DNA from: the human T2T-CHM13v2.0 reference genome, Homo sapiens
Length of the DNA stretch: 64,000 nucleotides
Reading direction: 5' to 3' (one strand)
Assembly: GCF_009914755.1 (NCBI RefSeq)
Contig: NC_060935.1
The translations under genes were made by a program, and so were the position numbers. Every line of letters starts with the position of its first letter. The stretch's first letter is position 1. Of this stretch, positions 14,956 through 33,679 are shown one piece after another. Under the pieces are notes generated by a model. That model was given only the letters and a program-made list of their open reading frames with translations, was not told where the DNA came from and did no database searches.

Positions 14956-15975
14956 ATGGAGAAAAACCAGCACAAAAAGACTGAAAATTCCAAAAACCAG
15001 AATGCCTTTTCTCCTCCAAAGGATCACAACTCCTGGCCAGCAAGGGAACAAAACTGGATTGAGAATGAGTTTGACGAATTGACAGAAGTAGGCTTCAGAA
15101 GGTGGGTAATAACAAACTCCTCCGAGCTAAAGGAGCATCTTTTAACCCAATGCAAGGAAGCTAAGAACCTTGAAAAAAGTTTAGATGAATTGCTAACTAT
15201 AATAACCAGTGTAGAGAAGAACATAAATGACCTGATGGAGCTGAAAAACACAGCATGAAAACTTCGTGAAGCATACATAAATTTCAGTAGCTGAACTGAT
15301 CAAGCAGAAGAAAGGATATCAGTGACTGACAGTCAACTTAAGGAAAGAGAGAAGGCAAGATCAGAGAAAAAAGAATAAAAAGGAACCAACAAAGCCTATA
15401 AGAAATATTGGACTATGTGAAAAGACCAAATCTACATTTGATTGGTGTACATGAAAGTGACGAGGAGAATGGAACCAAGTTGGAACACACTCTTCAGGAT
15501 ATTATCCAGGAGAACTTCCCCAATCTAGCAAGACAGGCCAATATTCAAATTCAGGAAATACAGAGAACACCACAAAGATACTCCTTGAGAAGAGCAACCC
15601 CAAGACACATAATCATCAGATTCACCAAGGTTGAAATGAAGGAAAAAATGTTAAGGGCAGCCAGAAAAAGGTTGGGTTACCCACAAAGGGAAGCTCATCA
15701 GACTAACAGTGTATCTCTCTGCAGAAACCCTACAAGCCAGAAGAAAGTGAGGGCCAATATTCAACATTCTTAAAGAAAAGAATTTTCAACCCAGAATTTC
15801 ATATCCCGCCAAACTAAGCTTCATAAGCGAAGGAGAAATAAAATCCTTCACAGACAAGCAAATGCTGAGAAATTTTGTCACCACCAGGCCTGCCTTACAA
15901 GAGCTCCTGAAGGAAGCACTAAACATGGAAAGGAACAACTGGTACCAGCCACTGCAAAAACATGCCAAATTGTAA
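14956..15975 (+). pseudogene. L1 ORF1p of the host element, disrupted
   Basis: MEKNQHKK..., DYVKRPNLHLIGV, ENFPNLARQANIQIQEIQRTP; premature stop at 15256-15258 and later frameshifts. Confidence 0.92.
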
Positions 15976-16038
15976 AGACCATCAATGCTAGGAAGAAACT
16001 GCATCAACTAATGAGCAAAATAACCAGCTAACATCATA

Positions 16039-19870
<3,832 letters not shown>

Positions 19871-20322
19871 GAGTTGAACAATGAGAACACATGGACATAG
19901 GGAGGGGAACACCACACACCAGGGCCTGTCGGGAGGTGGGGGGCTAGGTGAGGGATAACATTAGGAGAAGTACCTAATGTAGTTGACGGGTTGATGGGTG
20001 CAGCAAATCACTGTGGCATATGTATACCTGTGTAACAAAACTGCATGTTCTGCACATGTACCCCAGAATTTAAAAGTATAATAAAATAAAATAAAATAAA
20101 AAATTAATCAATAATCAAAACAAAACAAAGCAAACAACAAAAAAAGAATTTGTCTGTGTGAGTAACCCTTGAACAACCCTTGTGAATAATCCTTGCCTGG
20201 AACATGGAATATGTCAATAAATGTCAACATTTATTACCTGTAATAAGTGATGTTACTTATTTTTGGCTAAAAGCATTTTTGGGAAGGCCTCATAGAGTAA
20301 GTAGGACTTGAGCAAAGACACA

Positions 20323-20522
20323 TCAGTGGTTTTCAAGTATAGCTCCACCTTAAAACAATCTGGAGAGCTTTACTTAAAAAAAAAAAAAAAAAAAAAAACC
20401 TCCCAGTGCCTGGGTCCCACTCTGATCCTATTGAATCATAATCTCTGGAGGCAGGCTCTGAAATCTGCGTTTTTCAAAATTTGACAGGTGAGTCTAATGT
20501 GCAACCAGGATTGAGAATCACA
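20323..20522. mobile_element. MER5-family hAT-Charlie MITE with internal A-run
   Basis: cagtggttttcaa ... ttgagaatcac inverted termini; aatctgcgtttttcaaaa..caggtgagtctaatgtgca. Confidence 0.75.
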
Positions 20523-22429
20523 CAGCCTCAAAAAGCAGAAATAGAAGGAGGAGAATTGTAAGTTGAAGAAACAGCATAAAGGATGGCACTGGGAAGGAAA
20601 GAAGAGGCACGACTTCGGAATGTTGACTAATCCAGCATGATCATAGCACTGAAAAACCTGTGGAGATGTAGGGACAGATGGGGCTAGAAACATAGGCAGG
20701 GACTTTGGAGGGCCCTGAGGATGTTGGGGCCTCAGTGTAGGTTGGTGCTTGATTTCCACCTACTCACACTTTTTACTTTCAAGTTTCTGGGTTGAAGAGC
20801 CAGATGGGGCAAGGGACCACTTTTAGATAGGACTTTCTGAAAACAGATAGAAAAGAGTGAAGCCTATATCTTGAGGCCACATGACCCAGATTTCCCTCCA
20901 TCTGTTTGTAGGAGATGAAGCTGGAGCAGAAAAGCAGAAATCTCCCCTTGGGTTCCGGGATCTGTTGCCAACTGATCAGTGGGGTGGCTTCACTCTCTGG
21001 TTATGGTTTTCACCAATTATATTAATCACTTTACTAGAGAAGGACAGCAAATGTGCCTCCAGTATGACTGTCTTTTGGAAAGTAGACCCGAAGTACCCTC
21101 ATATTTTTTATAGAGACCGTGGGAAGGGGAATAACCATTCTCTCTTAATGATAAGGAGTTAAAACTTACCTGTGTAGGAAATAGAAGGCTTTTATGTTTT
21201 TTGAACAAGGACATAACACCGTCACTGTTTTATGTCAGGACTCCTAATATTCATATCATATATAGATACAATATTTTAGTGTTTATAAAGTTTTTTTCAA
21301 ATACATGATCACATTTTATATGTGCTTTAGCAAGTGAGTGAATTAAATTTTGAGCCATATATACAAGATAGTGTCTTGTTGGCTCCACTTCATACTAAAA
21401 ATCTGAAGACGGATGGTATATCCGCAGGTAAGGCAGAAACTTCCTCTGTTGAACTCATAGGCAGAATGTTCCTTTTTCTTTTTTTTTTTTTTCTGGTGAG
21501 GTGAACGAGTACCTTGATAAGCTAAACTTGAAAAGGTCAACCTGTCTTTTAGGCACTGGGTGTCTGGGAAACCATACGGCTGTGAGCATTTGCAACGGAA
21601 GGTTATCTCTGTCTGGAATTGGATCTGTATACATTATGTCAGGCTCCACCAGTTGTCCGGTGATGAATGCGGTGCCTACCTCAGCCAGCTTGGCGTTCCA
21701 GGGGGCCCACTGTCTTCCAGCTGATGGAAGGATAATTAATAAACATGACAAAGAATGTGAAGAGACTTTTGCATAGAGAATTCTGGTTGGCTTTGCCCAT
21801 ATGTATGAGTGTTCTTGTATTCTTGGGGGCAAATCCTTTTGTCCAGTGAGAGTCAAGAAACTGTAGCATCTTAGTTGGAGCCTCAGGTCATACGTGAAGG
21901 AAAACCAGGTTGAAGTTAGAACTACTCACTCATGCCTGTTTAATGACAGACATGAAATGTAAGGCAGCCTCTGTCTTTTCCTTCAGAGAATTCAGTGACA
22001 AATTCTCTAGCTACCCACTAACTACTGAATTGGAGTTCATCTGTTAGAACCTAAGAGTTGCAATCTTCTCCATGCCATTTTTACTAGGGGCACACACATC
22101 CATTCTACTCTCTGTCTAGTCTTTCAATTTAGTGTTCCATGCCAGTAGTGCATATGTGTATGTACATACATAGACACATCCACACACACACACACACAAG
22201 CATACACACATACCCATCATTTAGACTAACTCATGGAGTTTGTGTGAGTCAAAACAAATAGACAAAAAGTGATTTCTAAACAATGGACAGTAAGAGACAA
22301 ATTCTAAACAAGGGTTAGTAACAAAATTGGAACCAATTTTGACATTGTATTTTAGTGTTCCTTACTACTCTAAACTCTGTAAAAGCAGGAACTGTATCTG
22401 CCCAGTTTTTATTGCTTTTTACATTCGTC

Positions 22430-22860
22430 TTTTCAACTAGGAATGCATTCCACTTCAAATAACAGAATGCCCTACTGGCAGTAGCTTAGCTAAATAGGAG
22501 TACTTTTCTCTCATAAGTTTGGAGATAGTAGCTGCTGGTCTGGTTCAATTATTCGACAATATTAACAAGAACCTGGACAATTCTTTGTTTTTCTGGTCTA
22601 CCTTTCCTGAGCTTTTCTACCATAGTTTTATCATTTATGCTCTCAAGATGGCTGCAACAGATCCAGAAGTCATGACTTCATTCAAAGTCAGAAAGCAAGA
22701 GGACTGCAATGGTGGTGAGAGCCTTTCTCCTCGTTCACCATTTTCTTATTTGGGAAACAAGTGTCTTTCCCTGAACACCCCATTGTACTTCGCCTAACGA
22801 TGACTCATGGCTGCCCTTACAAGGGAGGTTAAGAAAATATGTAATTGACTTTTTCAACTT
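22430..22860 (-). mobile_element. Old MLT1 (MLT1J/K-like) LTR remnant
   Basis: aaataacagaa..gtagcttagctaaataggag.., tcaagatggctgcaacagatccagaagtcat; similar remnants at ~29490-29870 and ~43000-43530. Confidence 0.45.
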
Positions 22861-22877
22861 TATAAAAGATATAAAAG

Positions 22878-23206
22878 GGCTAGGCACAGTGGCTTATGCC
22901 TCTAATTGCAGCATTTTGGGACCCCAAGGTGAGAGGATTGCTTGAGGCCAGGAGTTTGAGACCAACGTGGACAATATAATGAGAGTTCGTCTTTACAAAG
23001 AATAAAAACAAATTAGTCAGGCATGATGATGCATGCCTACAGTTCTAGCTACTTGGGAGGCTGAGGCAGGAGGATTGCCTGAGCCCAGGAGGTTGAGGCT
23101 GCAGTGCACTCAGCCTCCACTGTACTCCAGCCTGGGTGACAGGGCAAGACCCTGTCTCTTAAAAACAAACAAACAAACAACAAAACAACAACAAAAGGTT
23201 AAAAAA
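22878..23206 (+). mobile_element. AluJ
   Basis: Dimeric Alu with J-type ggattgcttgaggccaggag and gagcccaggaggttgaggctgcagtg; (AAAC)n-degenerate tail. Confidence 0.93.
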
Positions 23207-23559
23207 AGAGAGAAGGATAATAGGCTTTGTGAGGATAGGTGACTTAAGAATATATCATAAAACTCTTATCTCTTAGTGCTTGACATGGGCCTGACATGGG
23301 GCTTACTACTGTTTAGTAAATAATTATTGAAAGAAAGTGACCCAATTCCTCAATAATCATTGGCTCTGACTTTCTTTTCTTTTTTTTTTGTTTTGTTTCC
23401 ATCAAACTCAGCAGTCTCTCTAAAGTTACAACAGTTCAAAGGTTGGGAATTCTTTGTCTCTAAGTCCCAGAGTTCCTTGTAAATGGATCCCAGCTTATTT
23501 GGATCTAAAGCTAGTCCATTCTACTTCCAAGACAAGAGCCAGAAATGATCTTTTCACTG

Positions 23560-25000
23560 AATATACCACATTTTAAAATTATTGCAGCTCTATAACATGT
23601 CTTATATTTGACACAATTATTATTTTTAGCACTCTTCCTTTATTTAAAATATACTGGATTATTATTGTTTGTTATCTATAAAAATAGTAATATTTTTCTA
23701 CTTTCCTATTTCCCAAAGACATCTGTTGCCTTTTTAAAAATTGAAAATACACTAAGTTTATTGATTAAAGCACGACTGAAGTATGTGATTTTGAATTTTT
23801 CACCCAAGATCATGACAAAACTTTTCATGTTTTTGTCTACTACTTCTGAGCCAATGATTAGCATTTTAAGTTATATTCATGTTGATCATATATGTGTTTT
23901 CTTAAGTTTGAAATTTATCTGTTGTTGCCTTTGTAAATGGAGATATTTTCATCTAATGGTTTTGTTGGCATATATTAAGCCCATTATTTTCTGTATGTAA
24001 ATTTTGTGTATAGATACCATACTACGTTATTTTAAATTTGTAATAGTTTCTTACCCATGCTCCAAGTTTCCTACGAAATCATTTTTTATGTGTATGAATA
24101 ATAATTTTACTTCCATCTTTTAAATGTTTATATACCTCTTTTTTTCCTAATTGCATCAGTTAATTTCTCTACAGAGTGTTAAATACTAATGATGATAAAG
24201 ACATTCTCGATTAGCTTTTTACTTTATGCAACTAGTCCCATTGTTTCCTCATTAATTAAGATGCTAGCTCCAAGTCCTATTCCTATTTTATTAAAAGGTA
24301 TTTTCAAGAGTGGGTGTTAAATTTTATGAACCTTTGCCACATCTATGGAAATAATTGTATGTTTTTACCCTTATTATTTTTAGCTTATTGTATGTTATTA
24401 CTCATTATTATTTATTAAATAATGATTATTTCCCTATGATTCATTTATTCTTTCCCTTTATTGACACAAGTTCTTATGACTATGATTTTTTTCTTTGAGC
24501 ACTGTTTTAGCTATATTTCATAAATTCAAAATGTAGACTATGGTTATTTTAAATTATGGTTATTTTAACAATATTTTTCAGGTTTACTTTTAATTTCTTC
24601 TTTCATCTAATACTTGTTTGGGAGAAGTTTAGAATTTCCTGTAGGCAGATTTTTGTTGCTTTCTTTTTGTCAATTTATAGTTCCCTCCCTCACTCCCTCT
24701 CTCCCTCTCTTCCTTCCTTCCTTCCTTCTTTTCTTCTCTTCTTTCCTTCCCTCCTTTCATCCTTTGCTTTTTTTTTAATACTTGGATTAGGGAATATTGT
24801 CTTTACTTTTTTCTACTTTTTGGAATTCATAGAAACTTTCTGTTGGCCCAGTTTGACTTTAATTTTTCTTCCACTTCTTTTCTGTGCTATTTATACTAAT
24901 GCTTTATTTTCTATTTACGTTTTATAGCATTCCTGAGCTCTTTTAGATCTCCTTTGTGCTCCTGTTTTATAAAAGTTTTTACTATACTATGTTGTAAAAA
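23560..25000 (-). mobile_element. Highly diverged old L1M remnants (antisense, very T-rich)
   Basis: Motifs such as gtgttaaatactaatgatgataaagacattct, gggtgttaaattttatgaa, gagcactgttttagctatatttcataaatt; boundaries uncertain. Confidence 0.55.
24682..24777. repeat. (TTCC/CT)-rich polypyrimidine simple repeat
   Basis: Directly visible. Confidence 0.85.
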
Positions 25001-27519
25001 TTCATAGTGATACATTTTGTCACAATTTTCTTGTGCTACAAAAGTCCTATTCTTTGTTTCCTTTTCTCATATAGCATCTTTCGGTCTTAGGAGAGTTTTT
25101 CAGATGGTTAATGTAAGAGAGCAAGAAAAGTTCTAGTCTGGATGAGAAGGACTAAATTTGTACTCTAGTGCTGTTGATAATATAGAATGTATCTCCTTTC
25201 TATGCCTCACTGACAGGTTGCTTTCCATATATTTTATATTTTGTCATGCTTTCCCAGCTAATCTATACTTTATGCTTAAATTGATTTAAGGAAGCTCCCA
25301 CTACAACTTATATGCTTCCCATGCCATTCACCTTTTGTTCTGATGAGTCTTGTTTCCCTAGATGTGACACATACTTTGGATAAATAACCTATTCCGTGTT
25401 TGTTAAAGCTATGGATATCCTCATTCATTGTCTTTCCATACCCTAGTATAATTTTCAATTATCATTCTTCCCTGTATTTACATTCTATGTATGTAGAATT
25501 CTATATGTGTAGTTTACATATGTAGACTATTTACATTCTAGTTGCTATAGTTTTGGTGAAGAAGGATTTTGTGTTCTTGTTTTTTGTTCCTTTCTTGCTT
25601 TGGAGGTGATTTATAAAAGAATCACAAATTAGCCACTGTATGTTTTCTACAATTTTAAAGCTTGAAAACAGTTTATCTTATGTTTAATAATGCTTAAATT
25701 ATTATTGCAACTATGTGCTCGGTATTAGGATAAAGAGTATACTGAGCATTGATTTCATTTTGCAAGTTTTTTCAGCATAATTGTATGACAGTACAATATT
25801 AGAAGTTTAGTTTACATTTGACTTTTATAACATGATAATTAAGAAGGTTACTTTTGCAAAAATATTCTGTAATGGCACTAATTTTCTATAGGGCTGCTCT
25901 TAATCCTTTGGTATTAAACTTTTTCTACTTTGAAATGCATATCTCATCATCCTTGCTGATTTTTCTTCTGTATTAATTAGCTGATCTAATTTTACCATAT
26001 TCTCCTGAGTCAATGAATGACTGTGGGAGGATTTGAGAAGTTCTGCATTGAAAATTTAACATACTTCACAGAGCTGTAAATCTCTTACAAGATGTGTACC
26101 TTTATTTTTAGTTAATTTGCATTGTGTTTACATTGTATTTTTGGATATTTAATATCTTACAAACAATAGAAAATAATTAACATAAATAATGTAAAGGGTA
26201 GGAAAGACATTATTAGTAAAAAGAAAGGATGTTAAAGTAGAGGAAAATTTTACCTGTGGTAATAAGTGTATATTTCCATTGCATGATTTATTTCCTATAG
26301 TTTGTTAATTATAGAGATTTAAATTATGTATATTGACATAAAGAGGACCTTGTTCTGGAATCATGCAAATTCATGAAAGTCTAGCCTAGATAAGAAAAAT
26401 ACAAATGTCCTCAAAATGAACTAAAATTGGACTTTATTCTGTTCTGTTAAGATCCTGAATAAAAGTAAATTGTTATAGTTTGCATGCAATATATGTTTAT
26501 ATATTTCATGGTTAGTTCAATATGATTATAAAATTAAGACTATTTCCTACTTAAAGTAGTCCTGTCCTGGACATTTTTTTAAAAAAACACAGCCACTTCT
26601 AGAAGTTTTAATTCCATGTTTGCTTTAGTCTAAATGATTCTTCAATTCTTGTTAGTGGCTGAATCCTTCTGAAGTGGAAAGAACACTAGATTGGGAATTA
26701 TAAGACTTGAGTTGAAGTTCTTTCCTGACACGTGTGACCTTAGTCGTGTGATATCACCTTTCTGAGTGTTTTATATGAAGGATACTTTGATATTTAACTA
26801 TAATATTATTGAAAACTTCAAAATGTCTAAAAGTGTAAAAGATTCTCTATTTCTTAGTGTGTCTAGAAAAATATCTTTGTCCAGTATCTAGTTAAAACAG
26901 GAGAATTAGGCAAGTAATCATTTATTTTGTCATTTCAGTGCCAAAGATGCCACTGGTGTCATTACCATGTTTGTTTTTCAACCATGGATTTGCGTCACTC
27001 ACTTCCTAACCCTTCATCACTGTTTTCTCCTGTATTTCACATTTCTCAGTCACAGAAGTCATCACATTCTTAGCACATTTAGCACGTTAAATTAATTAGG
27101 AGCCACATACAAAAATATGCCCACTAGCAGTTCTGTAACACCTCAGTGCTTTTCACATGAGTGGTCTCATTTGACGGAAAAGCACCAAAACACAAGACTT
27201 GCTATTTATTATCCATGCAATACAGTTTCTGTAGTTACATGTGTTTAAAACATGTCACATCTGGCCTAACCAGAATGTATTATTCGGTTCCAAATCTGGC
27301 AATCACTTATAGAGTTCCAATAATTCAATCATGCCTGTATCATTTATTATAAATATTTACTGAGAATTTTAGCATCCACTCTTTGTTGGTATTATGCTGG
27401 GCACTGGAAATGTCGATGCAAAAGATGCTGCCCTGCTTAGGAGGAGTTTAGTAGAGTGTGGCAAACAGATACATAAATGGACAATTATATTAAAACCAGA
27501 CATATATGCTGTTTCTTAC

Positions 27520-27870
27520 CACTCTTCCCTTGTTTGCTTTACTCCAGTCTTAATGACCTCCTTGCTGGTCCTCAATCATGTCAGTGGCTGTTTTCTCCAC
27601 CTGGAATGTTTCTCCCTAGATAATCATATGGCTCATCACTTCACTTCATTTAGCTCCCTGCTTAAACCACCTCTTTAATGATGCCTTCCATGATTACTCT
27701 ATGTAAAGTGGTAACTTTTTTACCCTGCTTTATTTTTCTTCGTGAAGCTTATCAATTCCTGATATATTGTTACATATTATATTATTACATATTTATTTGT
27801 TTTCTTTCTTCCCCATTGGTATGTAAATATCACAAGGGAGCATCCTTGATTTGATCATGGCTTTAGTATC
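27520..27870 (+). mobile_element. L2a fragment
   Basis: gacctccttgctggtcctcaatcatg..cctggaatgtttctccctagata..accctgctttatttttctt. Confidence 0.65.
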
Positions 27871-28866
27871 TAAACTAGACTCTGAAAAAACAGTATCAAT
27901 CATGTTGATAGCTCAATTATGATAGCAGGAATATTGTCATTGTTTTGTAATAAGCCAACAATAATAGTTAACAAAATTCCAGCTCAAGAGGTCTGTGGAA
28001 AAGACACACTATAGACCTTAGGTTCAAAGACCTATGGTAGGAATCTTTGAGAAGGATGTGAGAAAAATCAATGTGACAGTGGAAAAAAATACTATATACA
28101 TCTCCTGTATATTCTAAAAAGTAGGGATATAAATGAAAATCTTTGATGGACTGATCAGAATAATACGTGTGAGGATTCAGACATCAGAATCTCACAAAGG
28201 TAAACGGCTCCAGAGAGGAAAGAGATTTGGAGGGAATTACAGTATTTAGGAAGAGCAGGAGCTGATGCCCATCCATCTCATGAGGGTACAAAAAGAGAGT
28301 CAAGATTAACTAATGAAGACTGATGAAGTTTCACTGGAAAATTTCACTGAGCCTCTCTCTTTTGTCCACATGAAAATGTCAGTCAATGTCCACTGAATAT
28401 TTTTTAAAAACTAAATAAAATAGTAAGCACAGTAGGCTCATAGTAGGCATTCAGTAAAGTTTTTTTGCATGATTCAATTGCTAGAATGAAAAAACACAAA
28501 TGATATTTTGTGCCTGACATCAGGCCTCCATATTCGTATGTAATTAATTTCATTTAACTTCTGTGACCATCCCTGAAATAGCTATTATTATTCCTTTGTT
28601 AGCAATAAGGAATGTGAGACATGGAAAGATTAATGTGACTTTATTCAAGGTTGCAGTGAGGTACTGCATGGTAGATGATAAAGCCCAGGGTTTCTGAGTC
28701 CAGTCCTGATAATCATTCTATTACACATGGACTGTTCTAGGAAACAGTAACAAGGAAAACAGGTGAGAGCCTAAATATATGTGCCAGAACTTGAAATTCT
28801 GGAAGAAAATATTCTTTTACTGCTTTTGCTGAGAATCTCTTTACAGGGCTAGAAAACTCTCATTAA

Positions 28867-29166
<300 letters not shown>

Positions 29167-29508
29167 TCATTAATATGAAATTTTCTTTAACATAGGTCAC
29201 CCATGAAACCCCCAGTTGATACCTTTATGTTGAGTTTTTATGAGCCAGTAGCTCATCCTTTCCATTAATGGGATGAAAGAATCTAAAATTTGGAAAGGGA
29301 CTGTGAGAAATCACATGATTTATTGCCTTGGAATTGTCTCTTTTGATTGATAGTGATAGAACACCAACTGAAATGGTAAGATAATTTACTGGTTCTTGTA
29401 TCTGGAAAGACAAAGAGACAATTCATGTAAAAGCTAGATTCAAGTGTTTATAGAATGGCACTAAGGCTTTCTCTCTTAACTCTGTTAGCCTTTGAGTGTT
29501 CATATAAC

Positions 29509-29550
<42 letters not shown>

Positions 29551-32500
29551 GCAAAAGGCCCCATGGTGGTCTTGGTCTTTAGAGCACATGCAGTCAGAAA
29601 AAGAAAAAAAAAACTTCCCCAAGTATGCTTGCAGAATGTTAAGGAAAAGCCCTGATTGGTCTGGCATGAATCATACACATTTACCTGACCTGGTAGGCCT
29701 AGGGGTAGCAAGCTCTTGCTGGTTAGGCCTGGTTCAGAAGCTCATCACTGGGTTCAGTGTGAGTGAGGGTTATACCCACTCGAATGTTTCAAAGTGAGAA
29801 GAGTTATTGTAGAATTGGAGAGAGGAGGAAGAAATGTTATACAGATAAAAACCATTCAACAGCCTCACCGAACTTCTACTTCTGTGAACCTTATTCTTCC
29901 AGTAAGCAAATATTTGCAAAAATGTTCTCTATGCCAAGCTCTGGGCTAGTCCCTGAGTATTATCTTTTTAATCAATAATCTTTGCCCTTGAAGATGCAGT
30001 TATGAAAAGAAACAGCCAAAAGGCAGGGAGATAAATGCAATCACAAACCAAGGTACAAATTGCTTTGGGAGGCTGGAAGAAGAACTGAAAAAATATGGAC
30101 TTGTTACCTGACCGCTTCCCTTCCATATCACTCCTTGACCACTACCAGTAATTTTCAGAAGACAGTCTCTTTGCAAACTCTAGTATGTACTCGAACACAC
30201 TCTTTCCTGCATCCTTTCTGTCATCAAAGGCACTCACTCTGTAAGTCATTTTAAACAGCTCCAAAAGTTCCATTCTAAAGTCATGGTTTTGAAATATTTT
30301 AGGATCTTATCATCCTCTCCTCATTTCATGAAACTGGCTTCAGTGACATTTTGTTTTTAGACACGAGAGACTGTTGCTGGGAATGGAAAAAGATGAAGAG
30401 GAGGGAGGGTTAAATCATGCTGCAAAGTGAAGAAGGGGTTATCTTCAAATTAGATATATTTATTAGCATGATGACTCATAGGATAATAATGCCACTTTGC
30501 CAGTGGCCAGGATAGAAAGCAAGACTATAAAGGAATAACTGGCTGATACTTAGAGGCATCCAAGTTGTTATATCTTTAGGAAGTTAAAAAAGTACCTTAG
30601 TGTCTGCTTACTCATCCCTGGGCCGGATGTTCTAAGCTGGAAAAAAAAAAGTTTTTCTTTCCTCTGATTCTGATTGTCAAGGACAAAAGGCCCAAGCTCT
30701 TCTACTAATTATATTTGTGACCTTGAGAAATCATTCAATCTAGCTTAATCTCTGCTTTCTTATTACAGAAATGGAGAATGAATTATGTCCATTTTATGAG
30801 TTGGTATCATGAAATCTATTTATGTATTTTGGTATTATACCCACAAATATACTATATGTAATATGTATCTATTATATATATGTATATATGTATGTATGTG
30901 TATATGTGTGTATGGATGTATATATATCAGGTGTATGTGTGTAAGAAAGAGAGAGAGAAAATAAAAATTAGACATTGCTAAACAATGGAAAACAATAGGT
31001 ATTGAGTAACTAATCTCCCTTATTGTTCCCCCTTCTTCCTACTTGGACTCAGTTTCCACCTTTATAGTAGACTGAGCTGAATCAACTAATCATTACATAC
31101 CTTTGTGCTTCTGATATTTGGTTTTTCTGAAGATTTTTGTACCTTTCACTGTGAGAAAAATGGCTTGTTTTTTCCAGAAGTTATTTTCTATAAGTAACAC
31201 ATTTCTCTGGTCAGGAGCATTCTTCTGCTCAGTGTTCACACACACTTTTTTTTGCTACCATAAATACACTTAAAGAGTCATTACCACTAAGTTTTAGCAC
31301 AGGGCTTTCCAAGACAGGCAGTGCAGGAGAGTCAGCCAGAGCATTTTGGGAAGGCAGCGGCAGACCTCCAGGGGGACAGAGATTGTCCTCTGGGCATTGC
31401 TCCCAAGAGGCTCCTTGGGAAAGTATTCTGGGTCAGTTTCCATGTATACAGTTGCTGCAGAATCTCTTCACTCTTCATCTTTGTCCTCACTTGGAGAGAA
31501 AATGATTCAGAGGAACCAGGACTGAGCATTTCTTCTAAAGCCATCCTACCCATCACCACATCAGCACTGAAGACAGCCTTGTGTTTCCTGCCAAACTCAA
31601 TGATTTCAATGTTTATATCATTTTCCAGGGCTCTGCAAACATCTGTCATGACCCATAAACAGCCCAGTAGAGTCACAAAATAATAGAATGACAGAGTCAA
31701 AAACAACTCGAGAGGTCACTAGCACCATTCATTTCTTCATTTTAAGGATGAAGGACTTGACAGTCATTGAGATTAAGTGACTTGCTCAAGGTCTCACAAT
31801 GAGTTAGTGACAGAAAAACAGAAAATACTATCACCTATCCCTGATTAAAATTTACGTAACACTTTCGATTTACAGAATGCCTCTTCCATACATCTTATTA
31901 AACTCTCATTAAGTTTATTTGAATTATTTGTTATTTTTTATCCCCACATATAGGGAAACTAACTTGAGATGAGGAAAGATTAACTTCTTCTGAGATCATT
32001 TATCCAGCAAACAGCAGAACAGGGATCTGTATTCCCATTGTTTTTATTTATTTATTTGTGTATGCTTGTTTCTTTCATCATCCATCCAATCAGGGAACAG
32101 TCTGCCTTCCTTTATCAAATTTTAATTAAGGAACAAGGCAAGAAGAGTTACCTGTAAATTAGACTCTGACAATTTAAATAGAAAAGAAATCTATCATGGA
32201 ATTGGTGGCTGTAAATTTACAATAAATAGACTTGTATTTGATTTCTGCAGAATCATGATTCTTGGAAATAATCATGTTCTAGCAAATAAATACTAACATA
32301 CCCACTTCTGATTTGGCTTCTGTGGAAGAAAATTTAATATGCCATTTATTAAAGAAACTAGCGACTTTTTATAAAAAATTGTTAATTGAGATAACATTGG
32401 AAGTAGCAATAAGAATACACAAGAGTATACAAATCATCCATCCACAACTCTACAATCTGGAGAGAACAACATGGTATATATGCTTCCAGGTTCTTAAAAT

Positions 32501-33182
32501 TATCTTACACATATGCGTAATTCTTTAAACAAAAAAAAGTGATTACACAATATGTACTCTTTTTAAACTACTTTAAAAAATAAACAAATTATGAGCATTT
32601 TCTCTCTGAACATATACATATACTCATTCTTAGTCACTGTTTAATGTACATTCCATGGATAAGAAGTTTTCTTTTGCTACATGTTTCAGTTATTTCAAGT
32701 TTGACATTCTTATAATTCATGCTCCAGATGAACATGCTTTTTATCAATATTTCTGTACTTCTCTGATTATTTCTTCAGAATATATTTCTAGAATTGAATT
32801 GCCAAATCAGACAATGTGCATATTTTTACAGCCTTTTAGACATTGTGCAAATTGCCTTCCAGGGTGGGAAGAGGTGGATTCCTTCTATCATACCTCTCTG
32901 TCTTAATGTCTGATTTCTCTGTCCAGATACTATTTTCTGAGGTTTAGAGACTGGGTTTGATCCACATTAGTAATACTTATTACCAATGACTTTAGAAAAA
33001 AAAAACTATACATGCAAACTCTTACATTTAAGCTTAATTCAGATATTTTTGCTTCTAGACAGCTCTAAAAAGGAAGTGAGAGCCTCTAGATTCTGGTGCA
33101 CTGTGAATATACCTCATAGAAAGTTTAAAACCATAGTTTCTGGCATGAGATAGATGGGGACTACCCCAGAAGTGTGACACTG

Positions 33183-33437
33183 ACAGTATAACATAATGGT
33201 TAAGGAGCTTACATTCTAGAGCCAGTATATCTGTGTTCAAATGCTGGATCTATTTCCTACTAACTGTGTCGCTTCTGGTGATTGCTGAATTTTTCTGTGC
33301 TTGTTCATTTACCTTTAAATGGGAACTATAACAACCCTAACTTACAGTGTTGTATGAAGATTAAATGAGTTATGTATGTAAAGCCCTTGAACAGTGTTTG
33401 CCATATAAACATACTACATAATTGTGAGCCATTATTA
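33183..33437 (+). mobile_element. Near full-length MIR
   Basis: acagtataacataatggttaaggagc..ttctagagccag through tgaagattaaatgagttatgtatgtaaagcccttgaacagtg. Confidence 0.85.
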
Positions 33438-33679
33438 AGGCTGATGTTGCTATTTACCTGTGTGTTATGGAAAACCTAATACATAGTAGATACTCAAAAT
33501 TGTTGAGAGAGTAATAAAGGAATGATGAATATGTTAAGAGAGATAATTTTTGGCTAGAGACAAGGATTTTGGAGTTATCTACAGAGCAAAGGTAGCTGAA
33601 GTAGGTAAGTGACTGAAGGATGCAGCAAAGAAAGATGAGGAATGAGGGCTTTGCCCCAAGAAATACTACTTACTACTCA

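Noticed and set aside
23608-24927. Two Phe/Leu/Ile-rich ORFs resembling membrane proteins
   Set aside because: Caused by T-rich antisense old L1 and pyrimidine repeats, not real coding sequence
31332-31706. 124-aa minus-strand ORF with a hydrophobic N-terminus, overlapping a 120-aa plus-strand ORF
   Set aside because: Non-ATG starts, no recognisable domain and no convincing flanking splice sites; length is attainable by chance in 64 kb
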